Shown here piece by piece: positions 8,422-17,174 of a DNA stretch of 64,000 nt. Below the pieces are notes generated by a model. It saw only the letters and a list, made by a program, of their open reading frames with translations, did not search any database and was not told the origin of the DNA. Origin of the DNA: Steroidobacteraceae bacterium (GTDB lineage: Bacteria; Pseudomonadota; Gammaproteobacteria; Steroidobacterales; Steroidobacteraceae); assembly GCA_040400835.1 (NCBI GenBank), contig JBBAPM010000001.1:196300-260299 (forward strand), read 5' to 3'. A program made the position numbers and the translations under genes. Position 1 is the stretch's first letter; every line of letters begins with the position of its first letter.

Positions 8422-9458
8422 CGGCGACACCGCCGTCAGCCCCGCATCGTCGCCGCAACCCGCTCACGGGGCGCTGGGTGCTGGTATCGCCCCAGCGCAC
8501 GCAGCGGCCTTGGCTCGGGCAGGTGGAGGAGGCGCCGGAGGAGCCGCGCCTGGCGCACGACCCCGGTTGCTATCTTTGTCCGCGGTCCGTACGCGCCGGC
8601 GGGGCGGTCAATCCGGACTACCGCGGCCCGTTCGTGTTCGGCAACGATTTCCCGGCCCTGTCGGACGCTCCGCCGATCGCCGCGACGGACTCATCTGTGG
8701 AAGGCTTGTTCACAGCGCAGGCGGTTCACGGCGAATGCCGCGTCATCTGCTGGTCGCATGACCATTCCGCGACCTTGCCGGAACTCTCGCCGACTGCGCT
8801 GCGCGCGGTGGTGGATTGTTGGGCGACGCAGTCGGCGGAGCTCGGTGCCCGCCACGCCTGGGTGCAGGTGTTCGAGAACAAGGGCGCGATGATGGGTTGC
8901 TCCAATCCGCATCCCCATGGTCAGATCTGGGCGAGCGGACATCTGCCGGAGGAGGCGGAGCTCGAGGACCGCCACCAGCGCGACCATCTCGCCCGTCATG
9001 GCGTTCCGCTGCTGCTCGAGCTCGCGGCGCACGAAGCGGGGGGACCGCGAGAGGTGCTGTCGTCAGACGGATGGCTCGCCATCGTGCCGTGGTGGGCGGC
9101 ATGGCCCTTCGAGACGCTGCTGCTCCCGCGCAGACCCGCGCAGCGCTTCGAGGATCTCGATGACGCGATGCGCGACGACCTCGCGCACATGCTCGGTCGG
9201 CTGACCCGCACCTACGATGCGCTGTTCCGGTGCAGTTTCCCGTATTCGATGGGCTGGCATGGCGCACCCTACGGTGCGACGGCCGCCGCGACAGCCGATA
9301 CATCGCACTGGCAGCTGCACGCGCATTTCTATCCGCCGTTGCTGCGATCGGCCACGGTACGCAAGTTCATGGTGGGGTACGAGATGCTGGCCGAACCGCA
9401 GCGCGACCTCACGCCCGAGGACGCCGCCGCGCGGCTGCGCGCCGTCGCCTGCCCATGA
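8418..9458 (+). CDS. galT: galactose-1-phosphate uridylyltransferase
   Basis: The GTG start overlaps the symporter stop (GTGA 8418..8421). N-terminus: PHRRRNPLTGRWVLVSPQRTQRPWLGQ. It has the CYLCP zinc site and the active-site HPHGQIW. The product is 346 aa, similar in length and alignment to E. coli GalT from memory. Confidence 0.93.
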   Translation: MTATPPSAPHRRRNPLTGRWVLVSPQRTQRPWLGQVEEAPEEPRLAHDPGCYLCPRSVRAGGAVNPDYRGPFVFGNDFPALSDAPPIAATDSSVEGLFTAQAVHGECRVICWSHDHSATLPELSPTALRAVVDCWATQSAELGARHAWVQVFENKGAMMGCSNPHPHGQIWASGHLPEEAELEDRHQRDHLARHGVPLLLELAAHEAGGPREVLSSDGWLAIVPWWAAWPFETLLLPRRPAQRFEDLDDAMRDDLAHMLGRLTRTYDALFRCSFPYSMGWHGAPYGATAAATADTSHWQLHAHFYPPLLRSATVRKFMVGYEMLAEPQRDLTPEDAAARLRAVACP

Positions 9459-9471
9459 CGGTCGGATACCC

Positions 9472-10659
9472 ATGACGCGTGACGCACTCGAGGCCCGTGT
9501 CATCGCGGGTTTCCGCGCCGCCTACGGACGCGCGCCGGAAGTGCTGGCGTTCGCGCCGGGGCGGGTGAATCTGATCGGTGAGCATACGGACTATAACGAC
9601 GGGTTCGTTCTGCCCTGTGCGCTCGAACAGGGCACGATGGTCGCCGTGTCGAGACGCGACGACCGGCAGGTCGCGGTGCGGGCGCTCGATCTCGCGGTGT
9701 CCGGGATCGCCGCGCCCGAGGACAGGGTCGGACTCGAGGCGGCACCGATGCCGCTCGAGTCCGGGCACTGGGCGAACCATCCGCGAGGTCTCATCGCGGC
9801 ATGGCGATCGGCGGGGCATGCGCTGGCGGGTCTCGACATCGCCATCGCGGGCGATCTGCCGCGCGGCGCGGGGCTGTCGTCGTCAGCGTCGCTCGGGGTC
9901 GCGCTCGGCGCAGCGTTCGCGCGGGTCGCCGGCATCGAGATGGACGCCGCCGCATCGGCGCGCCTCGCCCAGCGCGCCGAGAACGAGACGGTCGGCTGTG
10001 CCTGCGGGATCATGGATCCTTTGGTGTCCGCAGGCGGTCGTGAGGGTGCAGCCCTGCTCATCGACTGCCGATCGCTGACCTGGCAGGAGGTGGCGATCCC
10101 GGACGACATCGTCGCGCTGGTGGTGCACTCGGGCGTCAGCCGCGAGCTGGCGGACGGTGCGTACAACCTGCGACGGGCCGAGTGCGAGCGGGCCGCGCGT
10201 CACCTCGGCGTGACGGCGCTGCGTGACCTGACCCCCGCCGCGCTCTCACGGCTGCCCGTCGGGCTTGATGCGACCGCGTTCCGTCGTGCGCGGCATGTGG
10301 TCACCGAGAACGCCCGGGTCCATGCGTTCGCGGCGGCGCTGCAGCGTCGCGATCCCGCCGCGGCCGGCGCAGCGCTCCGCGCGTCGCATGCGTCGCTGCG
10401 CGATGATTTCGAGGTCAGCCATCCGGCGGTGGACTCTTTGGTCGAGGTCTTGGACGCCGCCATCGGCGAAGAAGGCGGGGCGCGGATGACCGGTGGCGGC
10501 TTCGGCGGTTGCGTGGTGGCGGTGCTGCCGGCCGCGCGTACCGACGCCGTGCGGGCCGCGGCGCTCGAGCATCTCCGTGCCGCGGGCGTCGCGAAACCTT
10601 TGATGTTGGAGGTCCGTCCGTCCGCGGGCGCCTCCGCATGGGACCGTCCGCACGCCTGA
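9472..10659 (+). CDS. galK: galactokinase
   Basis: ORF 9217..10659 trimmed to the ATG at 9472. It has the galactokinase signature GRVNLIGEHTDYNDGFVLP, the GHMP ATP motif PRGAGLSSSAS, and MTGGGFGGC. Confidence 0.93.
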   Translation: MTRDALEARVIAGFRAAYGRAPEVLAFAPGRVNLIGEHTDYNDGFVLPCALEQGTMVAVSRRDDRQVAVRALDLAVSGIAAPEDRVGLEAAPMPLESGHWANHPRGLIAAWRSAGHALAGLDIAIAGDLPRGAGLSSSASLGVALGAAFARVAGIEMDAAASARLAQRAENETVGCACGIMDPLVSAGGREGAALLIDCRSLTWQEVAIPDDIVALVVHSGVSRELADGAYNLRRAECERAARHLGVTALRDLTPAALSRLPVGLDATAFRRARHVVTENARVHAFAAALQRRDPAAAGAALRASHASLRDDFEVSHPAVDSLVEVLDAAIGEEGGARMTGGGFGGCVVAVLPAARTDAVRAAALEHLRAAGVAKPLMLEVRPSAGASAWDRPHA

Positions 10660-10731
10660 GCCACCCGCGCCGGGTGTATCATCCTTCCCCCACGGAACAC
10701 CCCTGACCAAGGGGCTGGAAGGGGTCGGTCG

Positions 10732-11625
10732 ATGCGTTCGTTCTTGTTCGTCCCGGGGGATCGCCCGGACCGGTTCGCCAAGGCGGAGGCGAGCGGCGCC
10801 GATGCCGTCATCCTCGACCTCGAGGATGCGGTCACGCCCGAGCAGCGGCCCGCGGCGCGATCGGCCATCGCCGCGCACCTCGCACGCCATGCCGCGGCGG
10901 GTACGTCTGCGCCTCGCGCCGTCCCGCTGTGGGTCCGGATCAACCCCATCCAGACCGACGCCGCGTTGGCGGATCTCGTCGCCGTGCTGCCCGGCCGTCC
11001 TGACGGCATCGTCCTGCCGAAGGCCCGGCATGGCGACGATGTCCACCGCCTCGACCATTGGCTCGAGGCCTTGGAGTCGCAGCACGGCATCGAGGTCGGT
11101 AGCACCCGTGTCATGCCGATGGTCACCGAAACGGCGAAGGCGCTGCTCACGATGGGTTCTTTCGCCTGTGCCCCGAAGCGCGTCGCCGCCTTCACTTGGG
11201 GCGCCGAGGACCTCGCCACCGAGCTCGGTGCGCTCGGCAACCGGGACGCGGCAGGGGAGTACGAGCTGCCTTATGCGTTGGCGAGTGCGCTGACGCTCTA
11301 CGCTGCCTCTGCGGCGGGAGTGCCCGCCGTCGACACCGTCGACACCGAGATCCGCGATACGGCGGCCGTCGACCGGCGAGCCCGTGCTTCACGGCGGTCC
11401 GGCTTCGTCGGCAAGCTCGCGATCCACCCCTCGCAGGTGCCGGTCGTGAACCAGGCGTTCACGCCGTCGCCGGAAGAGATCGCGCACGCCGAGCAGGTGC
11501 GCGCCGCGTTCGCTGCGGCGCCGACGGCCGGCGCGTTGCGGGTCGACGGCAAGCTCGTCGACCGTCCGCACCTGCTGCAGGCCGAAAGGATGCTCGCCGC
11601 GGCCCGCGCGGCGGCGAAGAGATAA
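10732..11625 (+). CDS. HpcH/HpaI aldolase / citrate lyase beta-subunit-like (CitE family) acyl-CoA lyase
   Basis: 297-aa ORF. MRSFLFVPGDRPDRFAKAEASGADAVILDLEDAV...GKLAIHPSQVPVVNQAFTPSPEEIAHA...GALRVDGKLVDRPHLLQA follows the CitE / malyl-CoA / citramalyl-CoA lyase family pattern. Confidence 0.8.
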   Translation: MRSFLFVPGDRPDRFAKAEASGADAVILDLEDAVTPEQRPAARSAIAAHLARHAAAGTSAPRAVPLWVRINPIQTDAALADLVAVLPGRPDGIVLPKARHGDDVHRLDHWLEALESQHGIEVGSTRVMPMVTETAKALLTMGSFACAPKRVAAFTWGAEDLATELGALGNRDAAGEYELPYALASALTLYAASAAGVPAVDTVDTEIRDTAAVDRRARASRRSGFVGKLAIHPSQVPVVNQAFTPSPEEIAHAEQVRAAFAAAPTAGALRVDGKLVDRPHLLQAERMLAAARAAAKR

Positions 11626-11643
11626 TCCCGGAGACATCGAACC

Positions 11644-13086
11644 ATGGAGATCATCGTCCGTTCACCCATCGACGGTGCCGAGATCGGGCGTGCGCCCTTC
11701 ACCGCCGTCGCCGACATGCCGGCGGTCATCGCGCGGTCGCGGCAGGCCTTCCTCGCCTGGCGCGAGGTGCCTGCTCCGCGGCGCGGCGAACTCGTGCGTC
11801 TCTTCGGCGAGGAGCTGCGCGCGTCGAAGACGGAGCTCGCGGCCCTCGTCACGGCCGAAGCGGGCAAGATCACGACCGAGGGGCTCGGCGAAGTGCAGGA
11901 GATGATCGACATCTGCGACTTCGCGGTCGGTCTCTCGCGCCAGCTCTACGGTCTCACGATCGCCTCGGAGCGGCCCGGCCACCGGATGATGGAGACCTGG
12001 CATCCGATGGGGCCTTGCGCGGTCATCTCGGCGTTCAACTTCCCGGTGGCGGTCTGGGCCTGGAACGCCGCGCTGGCGCTGGTCTGTGGCGACCCCGTCA
12101 TCTGGAAGCCGTCGGAGAAGACGCCGCTCACCGCGCTCGCCTCCATGAAGGTCTTCGAGCGCGCGCTCGCGCGCTTCGGCGGCGATGCGCCGGCGGGGCT
12201 CGTGCAGTGCGTGATCGGCGGTGCGGAGCTCGGTGATGCGCTCGCGGCCTCGCGCGACGTGCCCATCGTGTCCGCGACCGGTTCGACGCGCATGGGTGCG
12301 ATCGTCGGCCCGAAGGTCGCCGCGCGCTTCGGCCGCAGCATCCTCGAGCTCGGCGGCAACAACGCGATGATCGTCGCGCCCTCGGCCGACCTCGACATGG
12401 CGGTGCGCGCGATCGTGTTCTCGGCGGTGGGCACCGCCGGCCAGCGCTGCACGACGCTGCGTCGGCTGCTGGTCCACCGTTCGATCCGCGACGAGCTCAT
12501 CGCGCGGCTGCGCAAGGCCTACGGCACGCTGCGCATCGGCGACCCGCGCGCGGCGGGGACCTTGGTCGGACCGCTGATCGATGCGGCCTCGCGCGATCGC
12601 ATGCTGGCCGCGCTGGAGCGTGCGCGGGCGGAGGGCGGCGTCGTCCATGGCGGGCGGCCCGTGACGACCGGTGTGCCGGCCGGCGTCTACGTGGAGCCCG
12701 CCATCGTCGAGATGCCGGCGCAGACCGCCGGCATGCGCGAGGAGACCTTCGCGCCGATCCTCTACGTGCTCGCCTGGGACACCCTCGAGGAGGCCATCGC
12801 CCTTCAGAACGACGTGCCGCAGGGTCTCTCTTCGAGCATCTTCACCACCGACCTGCGCGAGGCGGAGACCTTCCTCTCGGCGGTCGGGTCGGACTGCGGC
12901 ATCGCCAACGTCAACATGGGGCCGTCCGGTGCCGAGATCGGCGGCGCGTTCGGCGGCGAGAAGGAGACGGGCGGCGGACGCGAGAGCGGTTCGGACGCCT
13001 GGCGCGGGTACATGCGGCGTCAGACCAACTCCATCAACTATTCACGCGACCTGCCGCTGGCGCAGGGCGTCAACTTCGGGATCTGA
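11644..13086 (+). CDS. ALDH7-type aldehyde dehydrogenase (probable piperideine-6-carboxylate / alpha-aminoadipic semialdehyde dehydrogenase)
   Basis: 480-aa ORF with SD GGAGA upstream. GEVQEMIDICDFAVGLSRQLYGLTIASERPGHRMMETWHPMGPCAVISAFNFPVAVWAWNAALALVCGDPVIWKPSEKTPLTALA matches my memory of the antiquitin/AmaB block. It also has ELGGNNA and a catalytic Cys in GQRCTT. Confidence 0.82.
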   Translation: MEIIVRSPIDGAEIGRAPFTAVADMPAVIARSRQAFLAWREVPAPRRGELVRLFGEELRASKTELAALVTAEAGKITTEGLGEVQEMIDICDFAVGLSRQLYGLTIASERPGHRMMETWHPMGPCAVISAFNFPVAVWAWNAALALVCGDPVIWKPSEKTPLTALASMKVFERALARFGGDAPAGLVQCVIGGAELGDALAASRDVPIVSATGSTRMGAIVGPKVAARFGRSILELGGNNAMIVAPSADLDMAVRAIVFSAVGTAGQRCTTLRRLLVHRSIRDELIARLRKAYGTLRIGDPRAAGTLVGPLIDAASRDRMLAALERARAEGGVVHGGRPVTTGVPAGVYVEPAIVEMPAQTAGMREETFAPILYVLAWDTLEEAIALQNDVPQGLSSSIFTTDLREAETFLSAVGSDCGIANVNMGPSGAEIGGAFGGEKETGGGRESGSDAWRGYMRRQTNSINYSRDLPLAQGVNFGI

Positions 13087-13088
13087 AC

Positions 13089-14162
13089 ATGGAACTGCAG
13101 AAAGTCGCCATCCTCGGCCTCGGCAAGGTCGGACATCTCGCCGCGGAACTGCTCGACGGCGCAGGCTTCACGGTGACCGCGTTCGACAACCGGACCGGTG
13201 TGAGCGCGCCGTTCCCGGTGCGGTCGCTCGACGTCGCCGATCCGGCGGCGCTGCGCGCCGCGCTCGCCGATCAGCACGCCGTGCTGTCCTGTCTGCCGTA
13301 CGCGCTCAACAAGGGCGTCTCGTCGGTGGCCCATGCGCTCGGCATCCATTACTTCGACCTGACGGAGGATGTGCCCACCACCCAGCACATCCGCGGCCTC
13401 GCGACGGACTCGCGCGGCTTGATGGCGCCGCAATGCGGACTGGCGCCCGGCTTCATCGGCATCGTCGGCGCGCATCTCGCCGGGCAGTTCGACAAGGTCC
13501 GCTCCATCCGGCTGCGGGTCGGCGCGCTGCCGCAGAACCCGACCGGCCTCCTCGGCTACGCCTTCAACTGGTCGCCCGAGGGCGTCGTCAACGAATACCT
13601 CAACGACTGCGAGGTCATCGAGGAGGGCGTGCACAAGACGGTCTCCGCGATGGAGTGGATCGAGACCCTCTACATCGACGGCGTGAAGCTCGAGGCCTTC
13701 ACGACCTCGGGCGGTCTCGGCACCATGTGCGAGACCTTCAAGGGGCGGGTCGACAACCTCGACTACAAGACCATGCGCTACCCGGGCCACGTCGACCTCA
13801 TGAACTTCTTCTTCCATGAACTCTTGATGCGCGAGCGCCGCGATCTCGCCGGCGAGATCCTCGCCAACGCCAAGCCGCCGGTGGATGCCGATGTGGTCTA
13901 CGTGCATGCGGCGGCCGAGGGTCATGTCGCCGGGCAGCTGAAGCGCAAGGAGTTCGTGCGCGCCTACTACCCGCGCGACATCGGTGGCCGGTCGCGGACC
14001 GCCATCGCCTGGACGACCTCGGCGTCGGTGGTGGCGGTGATCGAGATGGTGCGCGACGGTACGCTGCCGGCGCGCGGCTTCCTCAAGCAGGAGGAGATCC
14101 CGTTGGAGGCCTTCCTCGGCACCCGCACCGGCGCGCTCTACCGGGAGTCGGGGCGCGGCTGA
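13089..14162 (+). CDS. saccharopine dehydrogenase family oxidoreductase (possible lysine 6-dehydrogenase-like)
   Basis: 357-aa ORF starting 2 nt after the ALDH stop. The N-terminal Rossmann fold is VAILGLGKVGHLAA. The C-terminal part (YAFNWSPEGVVNEY...TSGGLG...RYPGH) is typical of Sacchrp_dh N+C domain proteins. Confidence 0.75.
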   Translation: MELQKVAILGLGKVGHLAAELLDGAGFTVTAFDNRTGVSAPFPVRSLDVADPAALRAALADQHAVLSCLPYALNKGVSSVAHALGIHYFDLTEDVPTTQHIRGLATDSRGLMAPQCGLAPGFIGIVGAHLAGQFDKVRSIRLRVGALPQNPTGLLGYAFNWSPEGVVNEYLNDCEVIEEGVHKTVSAMEWIETLYIDGVKLEAFTTSGGLGTMCETFKGRVDNLDYKTMRYPGHVDLMNFFFHELLMRERRDLAGEILANAKPPVDADVVYVHAAAEGHVAGQLKRKEFVRAYYPRDIGGRSRTAIAWTTSASVVAVIEMVRDGTLPARGFLKQEEIPLEAFLGTRTGALYRESGRG

Positions 14163-14182
14163 CGTCCCCGCGGCGGGGGGGG

Positions 14183-15988
14183 TCAGGCCGCGGTCTGCGC
14201 TGCAGCCGCGATGGCCTTGCCGTCCGCGCCCGGCAGATAGAGATACTGCCCGCACAGCCACGAGGCGAGCCGCTGCGCGCTGCCCTGGCTGAGATAGCTG
14301 CGTTGGGTGTCGATGACGAGGCTCTTGAGCCCCGTCGCCGCAGCGGCCATCGCCACCTGACGCAGTTCGTCGTCCACGCCGGCGCGGTCGGCCCTCAGTC
14401 CGACGTTCGCGCGTGCGTCCGTGAGCAGCACCAGCACCACGTTGTGGAGTCCGCGCCGTCTCGCCTGCTGCGCGACATCCAGGGCTGCGACGAGCGTCGC
14501 CGCGAGCGGCGTACCGCCGCCCGTCGGGATCTGGTCGACCGCGCGTCGCAGCAGCTCGACGCTGCCCGTCGGCGGCAGCAGCAGTTCGGCGCCCTGGCCG
14601 CGGAAGCTCATCAGCGCGACGCGGTCGCGGTTCACGTAGGCGCGCTCGAGCAGCGCATGCACCGCGCCTTTGGCCTGCCGCATGCGGTTGAGCGCCATGC
14701 TGCCGCTGGCATCCACGGCGAACAGGAACAAGGCGCCGGCCTTGTCGCGGAAGCGTTTGATGCGCAGGTCCTCGGCGCGCACCGCGAGTCGTCCGGCGCC
14801 GCGTGACGGCGTCGATGCGCGCAGCCGCTGTGAACGCGCTGCGACGCGCAGCGTGGCGATGATGTCGAGCCGTCCGTCGCGCGGAGCGCCCGGAACGCTC
14901 GCGACATGACGACCGCGCCGGCCATCGGTGCTGCCGCGCGACCCCGAGCGGCCGCCGCGGGCGGCGCGGAACGGCAGGGTCGAGAGCACATCGGGCAGAT
15001 CGGTGGCGAGCGCCGCGAGCACCTCGTCGCCGAGCATCACGCCGTCCTCTTCGGGCGGCGGGGGCGTCTGCTCCGGCCGCTCCGGCGGCGCCACCGCGTC
15101 GTCGGCGTCGCGCTCGGGGGCGGGCGGCGGAGGCGCGGCCTGCCGGTCTGCGGCGTCGTCGGGCGGGGCGGTCTCGGGACGCCGCGTCGCGCGCGGGACG
15201 AGCACGAAGCGCACGGCCAGCTCCAAGTCCTCGCGGTCGACATGGTCGCGCAGCGCCAAGGCGGCGCTCGCGCGGGCTGCGAGCTGCGCGAAGAGGTCCG
15301 CGCGGTGTCCCTGCACGCCGTAGGCGAGCGCGGCGGCGGCGAGTTCGCGCGCGTGGGCGTCGCTGAGGCGGACGTCGTCGAGCCCGACGCGCGCGGTGGC
15401 GACGAGGTCGCGCAGCAGATCGAGGTCCTCCTGCCAGAGGTCCGCCGCCGGCGACATGTGACGGCGCACGACCTCGGCGCGTGCCGCCGCCGCGCCGGGT
15501 CGAGGCAGTGCGACGATCAGCCCGAGCCGGTCGAGGAGGTGGGCGCGCGGCGCACCCTCGGCCGGGTCGAAGGTGGCGACGAGCCGCACGCGGCAGCGGC
15601 TGCGCAGGCTCAGGCCATCGCGCTCCACGCGGACCTCGCCCGAATCCAACGCCCCCAGCAATTGGTTCGCGGTGCTTTCGGGCAGCAGGTTGCAGTCCTC
15701 GACGGCGAGCACGCCGCCGTCCGCGCGGGCGAGCAGACCGGCGCGCACCACCCGTGCGCCGCGTGCCAGCGTCGCCTCGAGGTCCAAGCCGCCGAGCAGG
15801 GCCTCGTCGTCGGCGCCGATCGGCAGCTGTTCGAAGGGCAGGTCCGGCAGCAGGGCGTGCAGGCCATGCAGCAGCGCGCTCTTGCCGCTGCCGGCCGGAC
15901 CGGCGAAGGCGACGCCGCGCAGCCGTGGTTCGACCGCGAGCAGCATCAGCGCAAGACGCGGCGTGTCGAGCGCGACCAGGCCGGGCAA
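14183..15988 (-). CDS. bchD: class I chelatase D subunit (BchD/ChlD-like, AAA-like N-domain + vWA)
   Basis: 601-aa ORF with a TTG start as in the track. The N-domain reads LLAVEPRLRGVAFAGPAGSGKS. It has a Pro/acidic linker RRPETAPPDDAADRQAAPPPPAPERDADDAVAPPERPEQTPPPPEED. The C-terminal vWA domain carries the MIDAS motif DASGSM. It lies 17 nt downstream of bchI. Confidence 0.85.
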   Translation of the reverse strand: MPGLVALDTPRLALMLLAVEPRLRGVAFAGPAGSGKSALLHGLHALLPDLPFEQLPIGADDEALLGGLDLEATLARGARVVRAGLLARADGGVLAVEDCNLLPESTANQLLGALDSGEVRVERDGLSLRSRCRVRLVATFDPAEGAPRAHLLDRLGLIVALPRPGAAAARAEVVRRHMSPAADLWQEDLDLLRDLVATARVGLDDVRLSDAHARELAAAALAYGVQGHRADLFAQLAARASAALALRDHVDREDLELAVRFVLVPRATRRPETAPPDDAADRQAAPPPPAPERDADDAVAPPERPEQTPPPPEEDGVMLGDEVLAALATDLPDVLSTLPFRAARGGRSGSRGSTDGRRGRHVASVPGAPRDGRLDIIATLRVAARSQRLRASTPSRGAGRLAVRAEDLRIKRFRDKAGALFLFAVDASGSMALNRMRQAKGAVHALLERAYVNRDRVALMSFRGQGAELLLPPTGSVELLRRAVDQIPTGGGTPLAATLVAALDVAQQARRRGLHNVVLVLLTDARANVGLRADRAGVDDELRQVAMAAAATGLKSLVIDTQRSYLSQGSAQRLASWLCGQYLYLPGADGKAIAAAAQTAA

Positions 15989-16005
15989 CGGGAGCCTGTA
16001 CAGGG

Positions 16006-17103
16006 TCAGGCGAGCGCCTCTGCGAGCATCCGGCGGACCCGTTCGTCGTCCGCGGCCGGTTCGAGCGGATCCTTGCGGAGACGGTGCGCGAGGGCGAGGG
16101 GCGCCACACGCGCGACATGGTCGCGGCCGGCGACGGCAGCCCCCTCGTAGGCCGCGAGCGCGACCGCCGCGCGGCTCAGCGCGAGTTCGCCGCGGTGCCC
16201 GTCGATGGCGAGCTTGTCGCAGAGCGCGGCCGCGAGCGCGAGCGCGTCGTCGCCGAGCGCGACCGACGGCCGTCGTTCGATGGCAGCGGCGAGTTCGCGC
16301 CGCAGCTTCGCCTGCGGGCGTGCGTAGCGCTTGGCGAGCGCCGCCGGGTCGGTCTCGAAGGCGAGGCGGCGGCGGACGATCTCCACGCGTTGCGCGACGT
16401 CGTGCAGCGTGCGGATGCGGGCATGCAGGCCGAAGCGGTCGAGCAGCTGCGGACGCAGGTCGCCTTCCTCAGGGTTGCCGGAGCCGACCAGCACGAAGCG
16501 CGCCGGATGACGGATCGAGAGCCCCTCGCGTTCGACGACGTTGACGCCGCTCGCGGCCACGTCGAGCAGTACGTCGACCAGATGGTCCTCGAGCAGGTTC
16601 ACTTCGTCGATGTAGAGGAAGCCGCGGTGCGCCGCGGCGAGCAGGCCCGGCGCGAAGGCCTGTACGCCGTCGACCAACGCACGCTCGAGGTCGATGGAAC
16701 CGACGACGCGGTCCTCGGTGGCGCCGAGCGGCAGGTCGACCACGGGGACCGCGCGGCGCTGCGATCTGCGGTCGCCGCCGCGCGCGCACGCCGGGCAGGT
16801 GGAGGCGGGTGCGGCCGGGTCGCAGTGATACGGACATCCGGCGACGGCCTCCATCGGCGGGAGCAGATCGGCGAGCGCGCGCACGGCCGTGCTCTTCGCC
16901 GTGCCGCGATGGCCGGTGATCAAGACGCCGCCGATCGCCGGGTCGATGACGGCCAGCAGGATCGCGAGTTTGAGGTCTTCCTGACCGACTATGGCGGTGA
17001 ACGGGAAGGGGGCTGTGTTCGCCAAAAGGACTCCGTCGGTCGCCCGCGAGGCAAGTCCTGTGCGGCGGGCGGTTTGCAGCGCGGCCTCCGGCCTGCGTAC
17101 CAT
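16006..17103 (-). CDS. bchI: class I chelatase I subunit (BchI/ChlI-like AAA+ ATPase)
   Basis: [51 protein letters not shown] (Walker A) and [16 protein letters not shown] (Walker B). The start is taken at the ATG at 17103. An alternative in-frame TTG at 17025 with SD GGAG would give MANTAPFPF. Confidence 0.88.
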   Translation of the reverse strand: MVRRPEAALQTARRTGLASRATDGVLLANTAPFPFTAIVGQEDLKLAILLAVIDPAIGGVLITGHRGTAKSTAVRALADLLPPMEAVAGCPYHCDPAAPASTCPACARGGDRRSQRRAVPVVDLPLGATEDRVVGSIDLERALVDGVQAFAPGLLAAAHRGFLYIDEVNLLEDHLVDVLLDVAASGVNVVEREGLSIRHPARFVLVGSGNPEEGDLRPQLLDRFGLHARIRTLHDVAQRVEIVRRRLAFETDPAALAKRYARPQAKLRRELAAAIERRPSVALGDDALALAAALCDKLAIDGHRGELALSRAAVALAAYEGAAVAGRDHVARVAPLALAHRLRKDPLEPAADDERVRRMLAEALA

Positions 17104-17137
17104 GTGTCAACATAACAAGACGTCATCCGGTGTCAAC
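17104..17137. repeat. two direct copies of GTGTCAAC spaced 26 bp apart in the bchI/bchH divergent region
   Basis: GTGTCAAC occurs at 17104..17111 and again at 17130..17137. Each contains TTGACA on the minus strand. Confidence 0.6.
17109..17136 (-). promoter_or_regulatory. predicted sigma70-type promoter for bchI-bchD
   Basis: The minus strand reads TTGACA (17136..17131), a 16 nt spacer, TATGTT (17114..17109), then 5 nt, then the ATG at 17103. Confidence 0.4.
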
Positions 17138-17174
17138 TGTGCAGACATCGGTACGGCGTGCAGACGGGGTAGCG

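Noticed and set aside
14166-14182. CCCCGCGGCGGGGGGGG next to the bchD stop as a bidirectional terminator, and the G8 run as a phase-variable tract
   Set aside because: The best hairpin is only a 4-bp stem, or has a sterically impossible 1-nt loop. The G8 run lies outside any coding sequence or promoter spacing, so neither role is convincing.
13038-16118. 1026-aa minus-strand ORF spanning the saccharopine-DH-like gene, bchD and part of bchI
   Set aside because: It is extremely Arg/Ala/Pro-rich and low-complexity. It crosses three independently supported genes on both strands. It has no motifs. It is an artefact of stop-codon scarcity in high-GC DNA.
17025-17103. Whether the first 26 codons of bchI ([26 protein letters not shown]) are real
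   Set aside because: This is not resolved. The ATG at 17103 fits a leaderless promoter geometry, while the TTG at 17025 has a proper SD and gives a canonical BchI N-terminus. I kept the longer call and flagged the alternative.
17104-17174. Possible cobalamin riboswitch upstream of the large chelatase subunit, as is often seen before cobN
   Set aside because: Only about 71 nt separate the divergent start codons. That is far too short for a roughly 200-nt B12 element, and I could not see a B12-box-like motif.
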